Part shown: positions 11,492 to 21,646 of the stretch, piece by piece
How positions within the stretch are numbered: the stretch's first letter is position 1
Layout: the number at the start of each line of letters is the position of its first letter
NCBI GenBank assembly: GCA_965204745.1
Contig: OZ242010.1
Span: 4,608,001 to 4,672,000 of the forward strand
Length of the DNA: 64,000 nucleotides
Source: Candidatus Latescibacterota bacterium
Lineage (GTDB): Bacteria > Latescibacterota > UBA2968
Reading direction: 5' to 3'
Program-made: the position numbers and the translations under genes
The notes under the pieces: generated by a model
The model's input: the letters and a program-made list of their open reading frames with translations, nothing else
What the model was told of the DNA's origin: nothing
The model's database searches: none

Positions 11492-12703
11492 ATGGCACAG
11501 AAGAATTACAAAGTTCGCGCGGCGCATTGCAGTTGGCGGGCGTCAGAGGAGGAAATCTACCAGACGTTGCGGCGCATCACAGACCCATTGCACCGGTCGT
11601 GGGCGAAGTTGGAAAAAGCCGACCGAATCGTGATCAAGTTCAACATGATGAAGCCGCACAGCCGCATCATCTACTACATGGGGCGGCGGCGCGAGTTGGT
11701 CGACGACATGGTCGCGCGCGCTGTGTTGCGGTTGTTGCGCGAGCGAACCCGCGCTGATCTCATCGCGACGGATACCAACCCCTATACGCGCGAACATCTG
11801 ATGGGTGACGATTTCAACTACGCGCATCTCTTGAAAGAATACGATGTGGCATTCGTCGATTCAAACGCGCCGCCTTTCGCCACGTATGAGGTGCCGGGCG
11901 GGGGATGCATGTTTGACCGCTATACGCTCAGCGTGTGTTTTGAAGGGGCCGAGGTGGTTTCCGTGGCCAAGATGAAGAATCATCTGTTTATGGGAATCAC
12001 CCTGTGTATGAAAAACCTGTTTGGCCTGCCGCCGATTACGTTGCCACACGGCCGCGTGCGAACCTATTATCACCACTTTATCCGCCTGTCTTATGTGTTG
12101 CCCGATTTGGGATTGATCGCGCGACCGCGTTTGAACATCATCGATGCCCTCACCGGGCAATGGGGCCGGGAATGGGGCGGGCAGGGGCGCATCTGCAATG
12201 CCCTGATCGCGGGCGACCATGTGACCGCGACAGATGCATGTGCGGCCTCTTTGATGGGGCATGACCCCACCTCTGATTGGCCGACCCCGCCGTTTCGCCG
12301 AGACCGCAACCACCTGTTGATCGCGGCCAAGCGCGGTTTTGGCACGGTCGATCTACAAGAGATCGATTTTGAGAGCGAAGTGTCAGGGCCTTTAGCCGAG
12401 TTCGATTCAGAGCAAACAGACAGCGAGGAAATCGTGGAAAGCTGGCGCCGCACCACCTGCGAGCAAGCCCTGCTCTACCGAGACCGGCACCGGGATATCA
12501 TCGACCGCTACCGGAACGAATTTATCTTTTTGCAAGATGGGGATGTGGTCTGGCACGGCGCGGACCCCGCCAATTTGGGCAGCCGCAGACAGTTGAGCGG
12601 AAAAAAGAAGGATCAGGGGATGTGGCTCAAGTTGGTCGATCCCGAGGAGACCGAAGGGGAACGCTTTAAGCCCTACGAGGCGTGTTTGGGGTTGACGGGG
12701 TAG
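11492..12703 (+). CDS. DUF362 domain-containing protein
   Basis: VIKFN, VAKMKNH..ITLCMKNLFG, IIDALTG and D.TATDA motifs; SD GAGG before ATG 11492. Confidence 0.75.
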   Translation: MAQKNYKVRAAHCSWRASEEEIYQTLRRITDPLHRSWAKLEKADRIVIKFNMMKPHSRIIYYMGRRRELVDDMVARAVLRLLRERTRADLIATDTNPYTREHLMGDDFNYAHLLKEYDVAFVDSNAPPFATYEVPGGGCMFDRYTLSVCFEGAEVVSVAKMKNHLFMGITLCMKNLFGLPPITLPHGRVRTYYHHFIRLSYVLPDLGLIARPRLNIIDALTGQWGREWGGQGRICNALIAGDHVTATDACAASLMGHDPTSDWPTPPFRRDRNHLLIAAKRGFGTVDLQEIDFESEVSGPLAEFDSEQTDSEEIVESWRRTTCEQALLYRDRHRDIIDRYRNEFIFLQDGDVVWHGADPANLGSRRQLSGKKKDQGMWLKLVDPEETEGERFKPYEACLGLTG

Positions 12704-12730
12704 AAGGTGACTACTGACGACTGACAACTC

Positions 12731-13438
12731 ATGATCTCCACTTGGCAACATCCTCCCGCACTACCCACTGCCGAAGCGAATGCAGCGCATGTCTGGGCCG
12801 TGAACTTGGATCGCATCGACGCGCAGGCATTGACCGAGACCCTGTCCGCAACGGAGCGCGAGCGGGCCGCGGGGTTGCGCGTTGCGCGGGATCGGGCGCG
12901 TTTTGTTGCGGCGCGTGGGAGTTTGCGCGTGATTCTCGGCAAGTACGCGGGTTGCGCGCCGGGGGAATTGGCGTTTTGTTACGGCGAATACGGCAAGCCC
13001 ATGTTGGCATCGCCGTGGGACGAGACCGAGTTGCGATTCAATGTGAGCCATTCGGCGGGCCTCGCGCTCATCGGCGTTTCGCTGGGCAGAGAGATCGGGG
13101 TGGATGTCGAGCATTGCGGTCGCACGGTCAGGCGGATGAAGCGCATTGCAAAACGCTTTTTTGCACCCCGCGACTACGAGCAGTTGTGCGCGCTGCCCCA
13201 CAAAGAACAACGGCGGGCTTTTTTTGTGTTCTGGACGCGCAAAGAGGCGTATCTCAAAGCCATGGGCACAGGGCTTGCCCGCGCATCAAAAAATGTCGAT
13301 TTGGGGCATTGGACGCTTCGGCATCTCGATCCCGGCGGGGGATATGTGGGCGCGGTGGCGATAGCGGGCAAAGATATGGACATCCAGGGCTGGATGAGTG
13401 AAACCCTTGTTGCGCGGTCTTTGTCTGAAAGGCGGTAA
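12731..13438 (+). CDS. 4'-phosphopantetheinyl transferase (Sfp type)
   Basis: YGKP, FNVSHS, IGVDVE and FWTRKEAYLKAMGTGL motifs. Confidence 0.92.
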   Translation: MISTWQHPPALPTAEANAAHVWAVNLDRIDAQALTETLSATERERAAGLRVARDRARFVAARGSLRVILGKYAGCAPGELAFCYGEYGKPMLASPWDETELRFNVSHSAGLALIGVSLGREIGVDVEHCGRTVRRMKRIAKRFFAPRDYEQLCALPHKEQRRAFFVFWTRKEAYLKAMGTGLARASKNVDLGHWTLRHLDPGGGYVGAVAIAGKDMDIQGWMSETLVARSLSERR

Positions 13439-13525
13439 GAGGGAAGAGGCAGTAGTCAGTTGTCAGTAGTCAGTTGTCAGCCCCCACCCGACCACCCAAC
13501 CTGAAGTGAGCCACACGAGGCGATT

Positions 13526-13604
13526 AGCCACGAGCGGGATACAACTGGCGATAGCCCGTTCAAAGATGAGCAATATGTGTAGGGGCGGGCCCCTGTGCCC
13601 GTCC
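13526..13604 (+). repeat. Mosaic palindromic repeat: AACTGGCGATAGCCAGTT-type hairpin unit followed by a GTAG-type REP
   Basis: agccacgagcgggatacaactggcgatagcccgttcaaag...gtaggggcgggcccctgtgcccgtcc; related units at 16228-16354, 28289-28385, 34044-34150, 48570-48645, 53267-53305. Confidence 0.8.
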
Positions 13605-13626
13605 GAAGTGAAAAGCGAGAGAGGCG

Positions 13627-15843
13627 ATGGAACGGTTGTTGGACAGTGTGGATGAAAAATTGGAGGCGTTGCGGCGCGTGTTGCCCAAAGGGGAGGAGGA
13701 ACTCATTCGCGTGCAGGCCGATTTGGATGAAAAGGGCGATTTTGGCACGCAATGGGTGGTCGTCACGGGCAATCGCGTGTTGGTGCAGCAAAATGGCGCG
13801 GTGCAAGACATTCCGTTTGCGGAAATGGCGCTGGCGCGCACCGAGGCCCTGGTCGGCGGTGCGCGGTTGGAGATTCACCGCAAGAATGGGCCAAGCGTGC
13901 ATGTGCCCTATTCCATGACGCAGGCGCAAAAATTCTCCGAGACCACGCGGGGCATCGAGCAACTCCGCAAGGAACAGGCCCTGTTCATCAATGCGAACCT
14001 GGATCGCACGCGGTGCGAATCGTGCGGGCGGTTGTTGCCCGAGAAAAACGGGATCTGCCCGGCGTGTTTGAACAAATGGGCGACATTGGGGCGCATTGCG
14101 TCTTATTTGAAGCCTTACAAAGGACGCGCGGTCGTGCTGGCACTCGCGTCCATTGTGGCGACGGTTGCCGAGTTGATCCCGCCCCTAGTGACCAAGCGCA
14201 TTGTCGATGACGTGCTGATTCTGCCAGAAGGCACAGAGGTGCTGTTAGACGACCGCTTTGGGTTGCTCGGCATGCTCGTCCTCGCGCTGGTGGGCATCCG
14301 CTTGGTGACGTGGGGCGCGGAATGGGCGCACGGGTGGACCGTGACCTGGCTTTCCGCGCGGGTGACAGCGGATATCCGCAGCCAACTCTACCGGCAGTTG
14401 GAATTGTTGTCCTTGCAATTTTACGACAAGCGGCAAGTGGGCGCGGTGATGTCGCGCGTGACGAGTGACAGCAATCGCCTACAGCAATTTTTGGTGGATG
14501 GCTTGCCCTATTTGGTGATCGAGGCCATGATGTTGGTGGGCATCCTCATCGCGTTGCTGATGATGAGTTGGTCGCTGGCGATTCTGGTGCTGATTCCCGT
14601 GCCCCTGATCATGATTTGGGGCTATGCGTTTTACCGGCGCATGCGGAAGTTTTTCATGCGTTGGATGCAGTCCTGGTCCGAGACGATGGCGCGGGTCAAC
14701 GAGGCCCTCACCGGCATTCGCGTGGTCAAGGCGTTTGCACAGGAAAAGCAGGAAATTGGCGTGTTCAAAAAGCGCAACGACAAATTGACGCGCGTGGGCA
14801 TTGCCACCGAAGTCAATCGGGGCATTTTTTACAAGACCATGACCCTGTTCACCGCGTCTGGGGTGCTGATCGTGTGGTATTACGGCGGGTTGGAGGTGAT
14901 CGACGGGGAGTTGACCTTGGGCACGTTGATGGCGTTTTACAGTTATATGATGTTGCTCTACGGGCCTTTGGAGTGGTTCGGGATGGTCAACTCCTGGATG
15001 ACGCGCGCAGTTGCCGGCGCCGAGCGCATTTTTGAAATTATCGACACCCCGACCGAGGCGTATCAAAATCCCAATGCCGTGCCCATGCCCCACATCAAAG
15101 GCCACATCGAGTTTGAGGACGTGACGTTTGGGTACGACAAGAGCAAGCCGGTGTTGCACGAGATCAACTTGGATGTCAAACCCGGGGAGATGATCGGCTT
15201 GGTGGGCAAGTCCGGCGTGGGCAAGACCACGACCGTGAATCTGATTTGCCACTTCTACGACGTGGATCGCGGCAGCATCGAAATAGATGGCGTGAATGTG
15301 CGCGATATTCGGCTGGAGGATTTGCGGTCGCAGATCGGCATTGTGTTGCAAGAGCCGTTTTTGTTTTCCGGCACGATAGGCGAAAATATCGGCTATGGCA
15401 AGCCGGGCGCGACATTTGAGGAGATCATGCAGGCGGCCAAGGCCGCGTACGCGCACGATTTTATTGTGACAAAGCCGGATGGCTACGACACGGTGATCGG
15501 AGAGCGCGGGGAATCGCTTTCGGGCGGAGAGCGGCAGCGCGTGTCCATCGCGCGGGCCATTTTGCACGATCCGAGCATTCTGATTTTGGACGAGGCCACG
15601 TCTTCGGTGGATGTGCAGACCGAGAAGCGCATCCAAGACGCGATCAGCCGCTTGGTCAAGGGCCGCACGACCTTTGCCATCGCCCACCGCTTATCCACCC
15701 TGCACAATGCGGATCGGCTGGTGGTGATGGATGCCGGGCGCATTGTCGAGATGGGCACGCACCGCGAGTTGCTCGAAAAACAAGGCGCGTTTTACAAATT
15801 GGTGCAACTACAAGAAGAGATTTCGCAGATCATTGCGATTTAA
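13627..15843 (+). CDS. ABC exporter (TMD+NBD) with N-terminal soluble extension and CxxC..CxxC motif
   Basis: GKSGVGKT, LSGGERQR, ILILDEATS, AHRLS; CESC..CPAC before the TMD. Confidence 0.92.
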   Translation: MERLLDSVDEKLEALRRVLPKGEEELIRVQADLDEKGDFGTQWVVVTGNRVLVQQNGAVQDIPFAEMALARTEALVGGARLEIHRKNGPSVHVPYSMTQAQKFSETTRGIEQLRKEQALFINANLDRTRCESCGRLLPEKNGICPACLNKWATLGRIASYLKPYKGRAVVLALASIVATVAELIPPLVTKRIVDDVLILPEGTEVLLDDRFGLLGMLVLALVGIRLVTWGAEWAHGWTVTWLSARVTADIRSQLYRQLELLSLQFYDKRQVGAVMSRVTSDSNRLQQFLVDGLPYLVIEAMMLVGILIALLMMSWSLAILVLIPVPLIMIWGYAFYRRMRKFFMRWMQSWSETMARVNEALTGIRVVKAFAQEKQEIGVFKKRNDKLTRVGIATEVNRGIFYKTMTLFTASGVLIVWYYGGLEVIDGELTLGTLMAFYSYMMLLYGPLEWFGMVNSWMTRAVAGAERIFEIIDTPTEAYQNPNAVPMPHIKGHIEFEDVTFGYDKSKPVLHEINLDVKPGEMIGLVGKSGVGKTTTVNLICHFYDVDRGSIEIDGVNVRDIRLEDLRSQIGIVLQEPFLFSGTIGENIGYGKPGATFEEIMQAAKAAYAHDFIVTKPDGYDTVIGERGESLSGGERQRVSIARAILHDPSILILDEATSSVDVQTEKRIQDAISRLVKGRTTFAIAHRLSTLHNADRLVVMDAGRIVEMGTHRELLEKQGAFYKLVQLQEEISQIIAI

Positions 15844-15980
15844 GAAGCGGGAAGAGGGGAGAGGGAAGAGGGGAGAGGGGAAAAGCGAAAAGCCGTGAAA
15901 ATGCCCGCTTCGCGTAAGAACACAGATGACGGGCAAAACGCACACGGCGGGGCAGGGCGAGGTAGGGCACGCACTTGGGC
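15843..15980 (+). repeat. ~140-bp dispersed repeat, copy 2
   Basis: Direct repeat of 16363-16500. Confidence 0.85.
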
Positions 15981-15998
15981 GGAGCGGCGGAATCAACT

Positions 15999-16229
15999 AT
16001 GGAAAAGAATGAGAAATCCTTCGACGCCGTGTGTATGATGCGCCAAATCAGGGATGCACTTGGCGAGCAATTCAAGGGAATGACTTTCGAGGAACAAAAA
16101 CAGTACATTGACAAACACCTCTACGGCAACGCGACACAGACGAGGCCAAACCCCGATTCTCGAAAGAACAAGAGACGCGATGAACAAACGCTTGGGCCTT
16201 CCGCCGAGCACGCGCATACAGGATTTTAG
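15999..16229 (+). CDS. Small hypothetical protein (KSFDAVCMMRQIRD type)
   Basis: 76-aa ORF with a charged helical pattern, sitting between two repeat copies. Confidence 0.55.
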   Translation: MEKNEKSFDAVCMMRQIRDALGEQFKGMTFEEQKQYIDKHLYGNATQTRPNPDSRKNKRRDEQTLGPSAEHAHTGF

Positions 16230-16362
16230 CCACGAGCGGGGTACAACTGGCGACAGCCAGTTCAAAGGCACAAAAGGCACAAAAGGGGTACAACTGGCGA
16301 CAGCTAGTTCAAAGGTGAGCAATATGTGTAGGGGCGATGCCCCTGTGCTCGCCCAAAGATAC

Positions 16363-16500
16363 AAGAAGCGGGAAGAGGGGAGAAGCAAGAGGGGAGAGGG
16401 GAAAAGCGGGAAGACGCGAAAACGTCCGCTTCGCATAAGAACACAGATGACGGGCAAAACGCACACGGCGGGGCAGGGCGAGGTGGGGCACGCACTTGGG
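16363..16500 (+). repeat. ~140-bp dispersed repeat, copy 3
   Basis: Near-identical to the reverse complement of 5725-5860. Confidence 0.85.
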
Positions 16501-16531
16501 CGAGGTAGGACACGCACTTTTTGAGGTTCGC

Positions 16532-18820
16532 ATGACGCACGTATCGGAAACGCCATTTATCGAAGAACTCCCGCCCTCCGTCGCCGAGAAGTTGCGCGCG
16601 GCGACGCCCAATGGCGAGACCGTGTTGATGCAAGTGGCGACGGATTTGGATGCGGCTTTGAACTACAACCCGCAGTGGGTGGTAGTGACGGACCGGCAAG
16701 TGCTGGTGATTCCCGAATCCGGGGTGGATGGCGTCCTGTCGATGCCCATTGGCGAGGTCGCAGACGCAAGAGTGGAAGAGCGCGTGGGCATGGGCACCTT
16801 GGCGTTGACGCGCAAGGATGGGCCGGGGATCCATGTGCCGTATTCCCGATCCCTCACCGCCAAGTTCGCCGAGGTGGCCGATGGGATTCGGCAGTTGAAG
16901 GACGAAGAGCCCCTGGCCTTGCCCGTGGCCTTAGAGCAGACGTACTGCGAGCAATGCGGGCGGCGGTTGCCGGAAAAAGACGGGGTTTGCGCGGCGTGTT
17001 TGAAGAAGTGGCAGACGTTTAGGCGCATCGTGCGCTATATGGCCGCGTACCCCGTGCGCTTGGTGACGACGATTGCGATGACGTTGATCAGCGCGGGCTT
17101 GGCCCTGTTGCCGCCCAAGGTGACGCAATACGCGATCGACGGGGTGTTGTCGCCCGAATGGGCCGGGGTCGAGATTCCCTTGATCGCGTCAGAGGATCGC
17201 CTCCAGCGGTTGGGGTTGTTGATCTTGGGGCTGATCGTCATGCGATTGCTGATTTGGTGCGCGGACGTGGTGATGGAGATGTTGAGCCGTTCCCTGGGCC
17301 TGCGCGCGATTGGGGATTTGCGCGAGGATCTGTACCGAGCGTTTCAGTTGTTGCCCATTCGCTTTTACGACCGGCGCAAAGTGGGCGCGCTCACGTCCCG
17401 CATGACCAATGACACGGATCGCATGGAAGTGATCATGACCTATGATTTTTACTTCGTGTTTTCCAATACCCTGTTATTCATCGGGATTATGGGCTTTTTG
17501 TTTTTCATGAACTGGAAACTCACGCTGTTTGTACTCGCGCCCATTCCGCTGATCGTGTTGGCCGGAACCAAGATCTGGTATCGCATCATGACGTTTTGGA
17601 CGCAGTGGTCCGGCAAGTGGGGCAGGCTGTCCGCGCAGTTGAACGAGTCGATTCACGGCATCCGCGTGGTGAAGGCGTTTGCACAGGAAGCGCGGGAGAG
17701 CGAGCGGTTTGACCGACATAACGAAGACCTGCGCGACGTGGATACCCGAGGCGAGCGGGTGTGGTTTGTGTTTTGGACCGTGACCAATTTGTTCATGAAC
17801 GCCGGGGTGTTTTTCGTGTGGTATTTTGGCGGGCGGCAAATTTTGGGCGGCGAGTTGACCTTGGGCGCGTTGATGGCGTTCATCAGTTATTTGTGGATGT
17901 TGTACCAACCCCTGCGCTGGTTTGGCGATTTTTACAGTTATATTCTGCGCGCATTTGCCGGGGCACAGCGCGTGTTTGAGGTGATCGATTCCGAACCGGA
18001 GCCGTATCAAAAGCCGGATGCGGTTCGCGTGCCGCGCATCGAGGGCCAGTTGAAGTTCGAGTCCGTGGTGTTTGGGTACGACCCGGGCAAGCCCGTGCTC
18101 AAGGGCATCGATTTGGAGGTGAAAGCAGGGGAGATGATCGGGCTGGTGGGCAAGTCCGGATCCGGCAAATCCACCTTGATCAACATGGTGTGCAGGTTCT
18201 ACGACCCGGATCGCGGGCGGTTGTCCATAGATGGCGTGCCGATGACGGATGTGCATTTGCGCGATTTGCGCTCCCAAATCGGCATGGTGCACCAAGACCC
18301 CTTTTTGTTCGACGGCACGATAGCGGAGAACATCGCGTACGGCAAACCGGACGCGACATTTGCCGAGGTGATGCGCGCCGCAACAGCCGCTGAAGCGCAC
18401 GAGTTTATCGTCAAAAAACCCGATGGCTACGATATGCGCGTGGGCGAGCGCGGGGGCAGGTTGTCCGGGGGCGAAAAACAGCGCGTGTCCATTGCGCGGG
18501 CCATTTTGCACGATCCGCGCATTCTCATTTTAGACGAGGCCACGTCTTCGCTGGACACGCCGACCGAGCGGAAAATCCAAGCCGCTATCGCGCGCTTGGT
18601 GCAGGGCCGCACGACATTTGCTATCGCGCACCGCCTCTCGACCCTTCGCAGCGCGGATCGGCTAGTGGTGATCGACGAGGGCAATATCGCCGAGGTGGGC
18701 ACGCATCGGGAATTGATGGCACGCGAAGGCATTTTCTACCGCTTGGTCAAAACGCAACAAGAAACCACGCTGGATATCTTCATGACCGCGGTGGGAATAG
18801 AAGACGACCCTAGTCCCTAG
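16532..18820 (+). CDS. ABC exporter (TMD+NBD), paralog of 13627-15843
   Basis: GKSGSGKS, LSGGEKQR, ILILDEATS, AHRLS; CEQC..CAAC; same N-terminal QWVVVT domain. Confidence 0.92.
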   Translation: MTHVSETPFIEELPPSVAEKLRAATPNGETVLMQVATDLDAALNYNPQWVVVTDRQVLVIPESGVDGVLSMPIGEVADARVEERVGMGTLALTRKDGPGIHVPYSRSLTAKFAEVADGIRQLKDEEPLALPVALEQTYCEQCGRRLPEKDGVCAACLKKWQTFRRIVRYMAAYPVRLVTTIAMTLISAGLALLPPKVTQYAIDGVLSPEWAGVEIPLIASEDRLQRLGLLILGLIVMRLLIWCADVVMEMLSRSLGLRAIGDLREDLYRAFQLLPIRFYDRRKVGALTSRMTNDTDRMEVIMTYDFYFVFSNTLLFIGIMGFLFFMNWKLTLFVLAPIPLIVLAGTKIWYRIMTFWTQWSGKWGRLSAQLNESIHGIRVVKAFAQEARESERFDRHNEDLRDVDTRGERVWFVFWTVTNLFMNAGVFFVWYFGGRQILGGELTLGALMAFISYLWMLYQPLRWFGDFYSYILRAFAGAQRVFEVIDSEPEPYQKPDAVRVPRIEGQLKFESVVFGYDPGKPVLKGIDLEVKAGEMIGLVGKSGSGKSTLINMVCRFYDPDRGRLSIDGVPMTDVHLRDLRSQIGMVHQDPFLFDGTIAENIAYGKPDATFAEVMRAATAAEAHEFIVKKPDGYDMRVGERGGRLSGGEKQRVSIARAILHDPRILILDEATSSLDTPTERKIQAAIARLVQGRTTFAIAHRLSTLRSADRLVVIDEGNIAEVGTHRELMAREGIFYRLVKTQQETTLDIFMTAVGIEDDPSP

Positions 18821-18831
18821 CGTGCGAATCG

Positions 18832-18970
18832 GTTATCGGGACCTACCCCCCTAGCCCCCCTTCCTGCGAGGAAGGGGGGAACAGTGAGCGGTTTTGCGAG
18901 GGGATTGATGAGGGATTTTTACGCTTTATGCCCTCGCGCAACGCCATCAGAGCAACCTAAGCCATCAAAG
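18832..18970 (-). repeat. Internal fragment of the MITE-like repeat family
   Basis: ttatcgggacctaccccctagccccccttcctgcgaggaagggggga...acgccatcagagcaacc, as at 50314-50440. Confidence 0.8.
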
Positions 18971-18989
18971 GAAACGAGAGGTGAGGAAG

Positions 18990-19526
18990 ATGGCAGAACA
19001 AAAAACAGAGGATTGGACGCCGATACCGATTGAGATGGTGCATCCGGAATCGGTGGAGCCGGGCAAAATTCGGTTGTTCAAAGAACCCGCGTGGATTTTG
19101 CGGATGACGATAGAAGGAGATCGATCCTATCTCCGCGTGAAAGTGGTTCGGGCCGCGCCGTTGACCGAGCCGAATCGCTACTTCTGCATTTTGGACAGCA
19201 AGGACGAAGCGATTTGCACGGTCAAAGACCTGTCCGAGTTGCCCGAAGCGAGTCGGCCCCTGGTTCATGAGGAATTGGACAAGCGGTACTTGACCGCGGA
19301 AATCCAGAAGATCGCGGCCTTGCAAAACGAATACGGCGTGACGTACTGGACCGTGGATACGGATCGGGGCCGCCGGGATTTTGTCGCCAAGTCCGTTGCC
19401 GAAAACGCGCAGTGGCTAGGGGATACGCGGGTCATGATTTTCGACGTGGATGGCAACCGCTTTGAAGTGCCCGACATCGAGGCCCTCGACCGCCGCAGCC
19501 AGGGGTTGTTGGAATCGGTGGTGTGA
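18990..19526 (+). CDS. DUF1854 domain-containing protein
   Basis: VKVVRAAPLTEPNRY, ELDKRY, YWTVDTDRGRRDF and FDVDGNRFEVPD pattern; follows the ABC pair. Confidence 0.8.
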   Translation: MAEQKTEDWTPIPIEMVHPESVEPGKIRLFKEPAWILRMTIEGDRSYLRVKVVRAAPLTEPNRYFCILDSKDEAICTVKDLSELPEASRPLVHEELDKRYLTAEIQKIAALQNEYGVTYWTVDTDRGRRDFVAKSVAENAQWLGDTRVMIFDVDGNRFEVPDIEALDRRSQGLLESVV

Positions 19527-19830
19527 CCGCAACTGCCGATCAACCATCTTCTCTGTATTGGAGGCAAGAAGAGGCAGAACGAGGATATTCAGTATTGCAA
19601 GAGAGAGGTCGCCAAAATCAAAAAAAATAAAATGGGCAAGCAGTACGCGTCGGTTTGCGAAACGAGACGGGACTCACCTAAACGCCCTGGCATTTTCGAT
19701 GCTGGGGCGTTTTCTATTTTGTCGTTTAGCCGCGGTTGCGATTTTTCTGTTGAATCATCGCCCGCGAATTGCTACTTTAGACGCCTGACGAAACATTCTT
19801 TTCGCGGTTGTTCATTCTCGGGAGGTTTTT

Positions 19831-21588
19831 ATGCGGAGGCGCATCGGTCGTTTTTTGGCGTGGATCGGCGGGATCGTAGTCGTGATGGCCGTCTTGACCC
19901 TTGTTTTCGTGGTGTTCGCATTGCAGTCGGACGAAGACCCGGTGCCTGACAAGGTGATTTTGACGATCAATTTGGAGCAACGAGTTGCAGAGCATGTGCC
20001 GGATGATCCGTTTTCAAAATTGTTGTCCGAGGACACGCTCGTGTTGCGCCATGTGGTGGGGGCGTTGGAAGTGGCGGCGTCCGATGACCGGGTCGTGGGA
20101 TTGTTCGCGCAAGGGGGCGGCGTGCGGATGGGCTTTGCACAGGTGCAAGAAATCCGAGACGCGATTTTGGCGTTCAAGCAAAGCGGCAAACCCACAGCGG
20201 TTTTTGCCGAAACATTTGGCGAACTCGGCTCGGGCAACGGCGGGTATTATCTGGCGACGGCATTTGACCGCATCTACTTACAACCCTCGGGCGATGTGGG
20301 ATTGACCGGGGTGGCGATGGAGCATCCCTTTGTCAAGGGCGCGTTGGATTCGCTGGGGATCGGGGTGCAGATGGACCATCGGCACGAGTACAAAAATGCG
20401 ATGAATTTGTTCACGGAAACCGAATTTACAGCCGCGCACCGCGAGGCGAGTGCGGCGATTTTGAAGTCCATGATGAATCAGATGGTCTTGGGCATCTCGC
20501 GCCTGCGGGGCAAGACCCCCGAAGACGTGCGCGAGATCGTCAATCGCGGCCCGTTTTTGGGAACAGCCGCCCGCGCCGAAGGCTTGGTGGATAGCCTCGC
20601 GTATTGGGATGAGGTGCGCGAGTCGGTCAAGGACGAGTGGGGCCAAAAGGCCGAGTTTTTGGACGTGGGAAACTACCGCAAGCGCACGGACGACCCCTAC
20701 GGCGAGGGGACGACTGTGGCTTTGATCCACGGCATCGGCGCCATCCATCGCGGCAAGAGCGACTACGATCCGATGTCTGCCTCCACGACGATGGGGGCGA
20801 GCACGCTCACAAAAGCATTTCGCGCAGCGGTGAAGGACGAGGATGTGCGCGCGATTTTGTTTCGCATAGACTCGCCGGGCGGGTCCTATGTGGCGTCGGA
20901 TGCGATCTGGCGCGAGGTCGTCAAGGCAAAGCAGGCCGAGAAGCCGGTCATTGTCTCGATGGGCAATGTGGCTGGATCCGGGGGCTATTTTGTGGCGATG
21001 AATGCGGATAAAATCGTGGCGCAACCCGGCACGTTGACCGGATCCATTGGCGTGGTGGGCGGCAAGTTCGTCACCACCGAATTTTGGGAACGCCTGGGCA
21101 TTACTTGGGACGAGGTGCAAGAGGGAGACAACGCGCTGATCTGGGGCTCGGGCGCGGAGTTCACGCCCGAGCAATGGGCGAAATTTCAGATGTGGTTGGA
21201 TGCGATTTACGAGGATTTTACGACCAAAGTGGGCAAGGGGCGCAACATGTCACAAGCCGATGTCCTCGAGGTGGCAAAGGGCCGCGTGTGGACCGGGGAA
21301 GACGCAAAGGCGCGGGGACTCGTCGATGAATTGGGCGGGATGAAGGCCGCGCTGCGCTCGGTGCGGGAGGTGCTGAAATTGGAGGCTGACGCGCCGCTTC
21401 ACCTCAAGGTGTTTCCAAAAGAAAAGAGCCTGATCGACACGATTTTGGAGAAGGGGTTGATCCACGCCTTGGGCGCGGGGCAAGCGATGACATTCGCCGA
21501 TGAGTTGCAACCGATTTTCCGAGTTGCGCGCCTGATGGGGCATCGGCGACAGGTTTTGGAGATGGCCCCGGTAGATGTTCAATTTTGA
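19831..21588 (+). CDS. sppA: Signal peptide peptidase SppA (protease IV, 67K type)
   Basis: N-terminal TM; YKNA (Lys), RIDSPGGS, GSGGY (Ser), TGSIGV, KGRVWTG. Confidence 0.93.
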   Translation: MRRRIGRFLAWIGGIVVVMAVLTLVFVVFALQSDEDPVPDKVILTINLEQRVAEHVPDDPFSKLLSEDTLVLRHVVGALEVAASDDRVVGLFAQGGGVRMGFAQVQEIRDAILAFKQSGKPTAVFAETFGELGSGNGGYYLATAFDRIYLQPSGDVGLTGVAMEHPFVKGALDSLGIGVQMDHRHEYKNAMNLFTETEFTAAHREASAAILKSMMNQMVLGISRLRGKTPEDVREIVNRGPFLGTAARAEGLVDSLAYWDEVRESVKDEWGQKAEFLDVGNYRKRTDDPYGEGTTVALIHGIGAIHRGKSDYDPMSASTTMGASTLTKAFRAAVKDEDVRAILFRIDSPGGSYVASDAIWREVVKAKQAEKPVIVSMGNVAGSGGYFVAMNADKIVAQPGTLTGSIGVVGGKFVTTEFWERLGITWDEVQEGDNALIWGSGAEFTPEQWAKFQMWLDAIYEDFTTKVGKGRNMSQADVLEVAKGRVWTGEDAKARGLVDELGGMKAALRSVREVLKLEADAPLHLKVFPKEKSLIDTILEKGLIHALGAGQAMTFADELQPIFRVARLMGHRRQVLEMAPVDVQF

Positions 21589-21646
21589 CCTCCCCCGCTA
21601 TTCGCTACGCCCGTTCGGGGAGGGCACCATTTTTGAGGAGGACGCG

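Noticed and set aside
12731-13438. PPTase as marker of a biosynthetic gene cluster
   Set aside because: No NRPS, PKS or carrier-protein genes in the window
16356-16365. AAGATACAAG identical to the IS110 left-end tip, as an excision footprint
   Set aside because: Only 10 bp, within a CAAGA-rich repeat context; no further homology to the element
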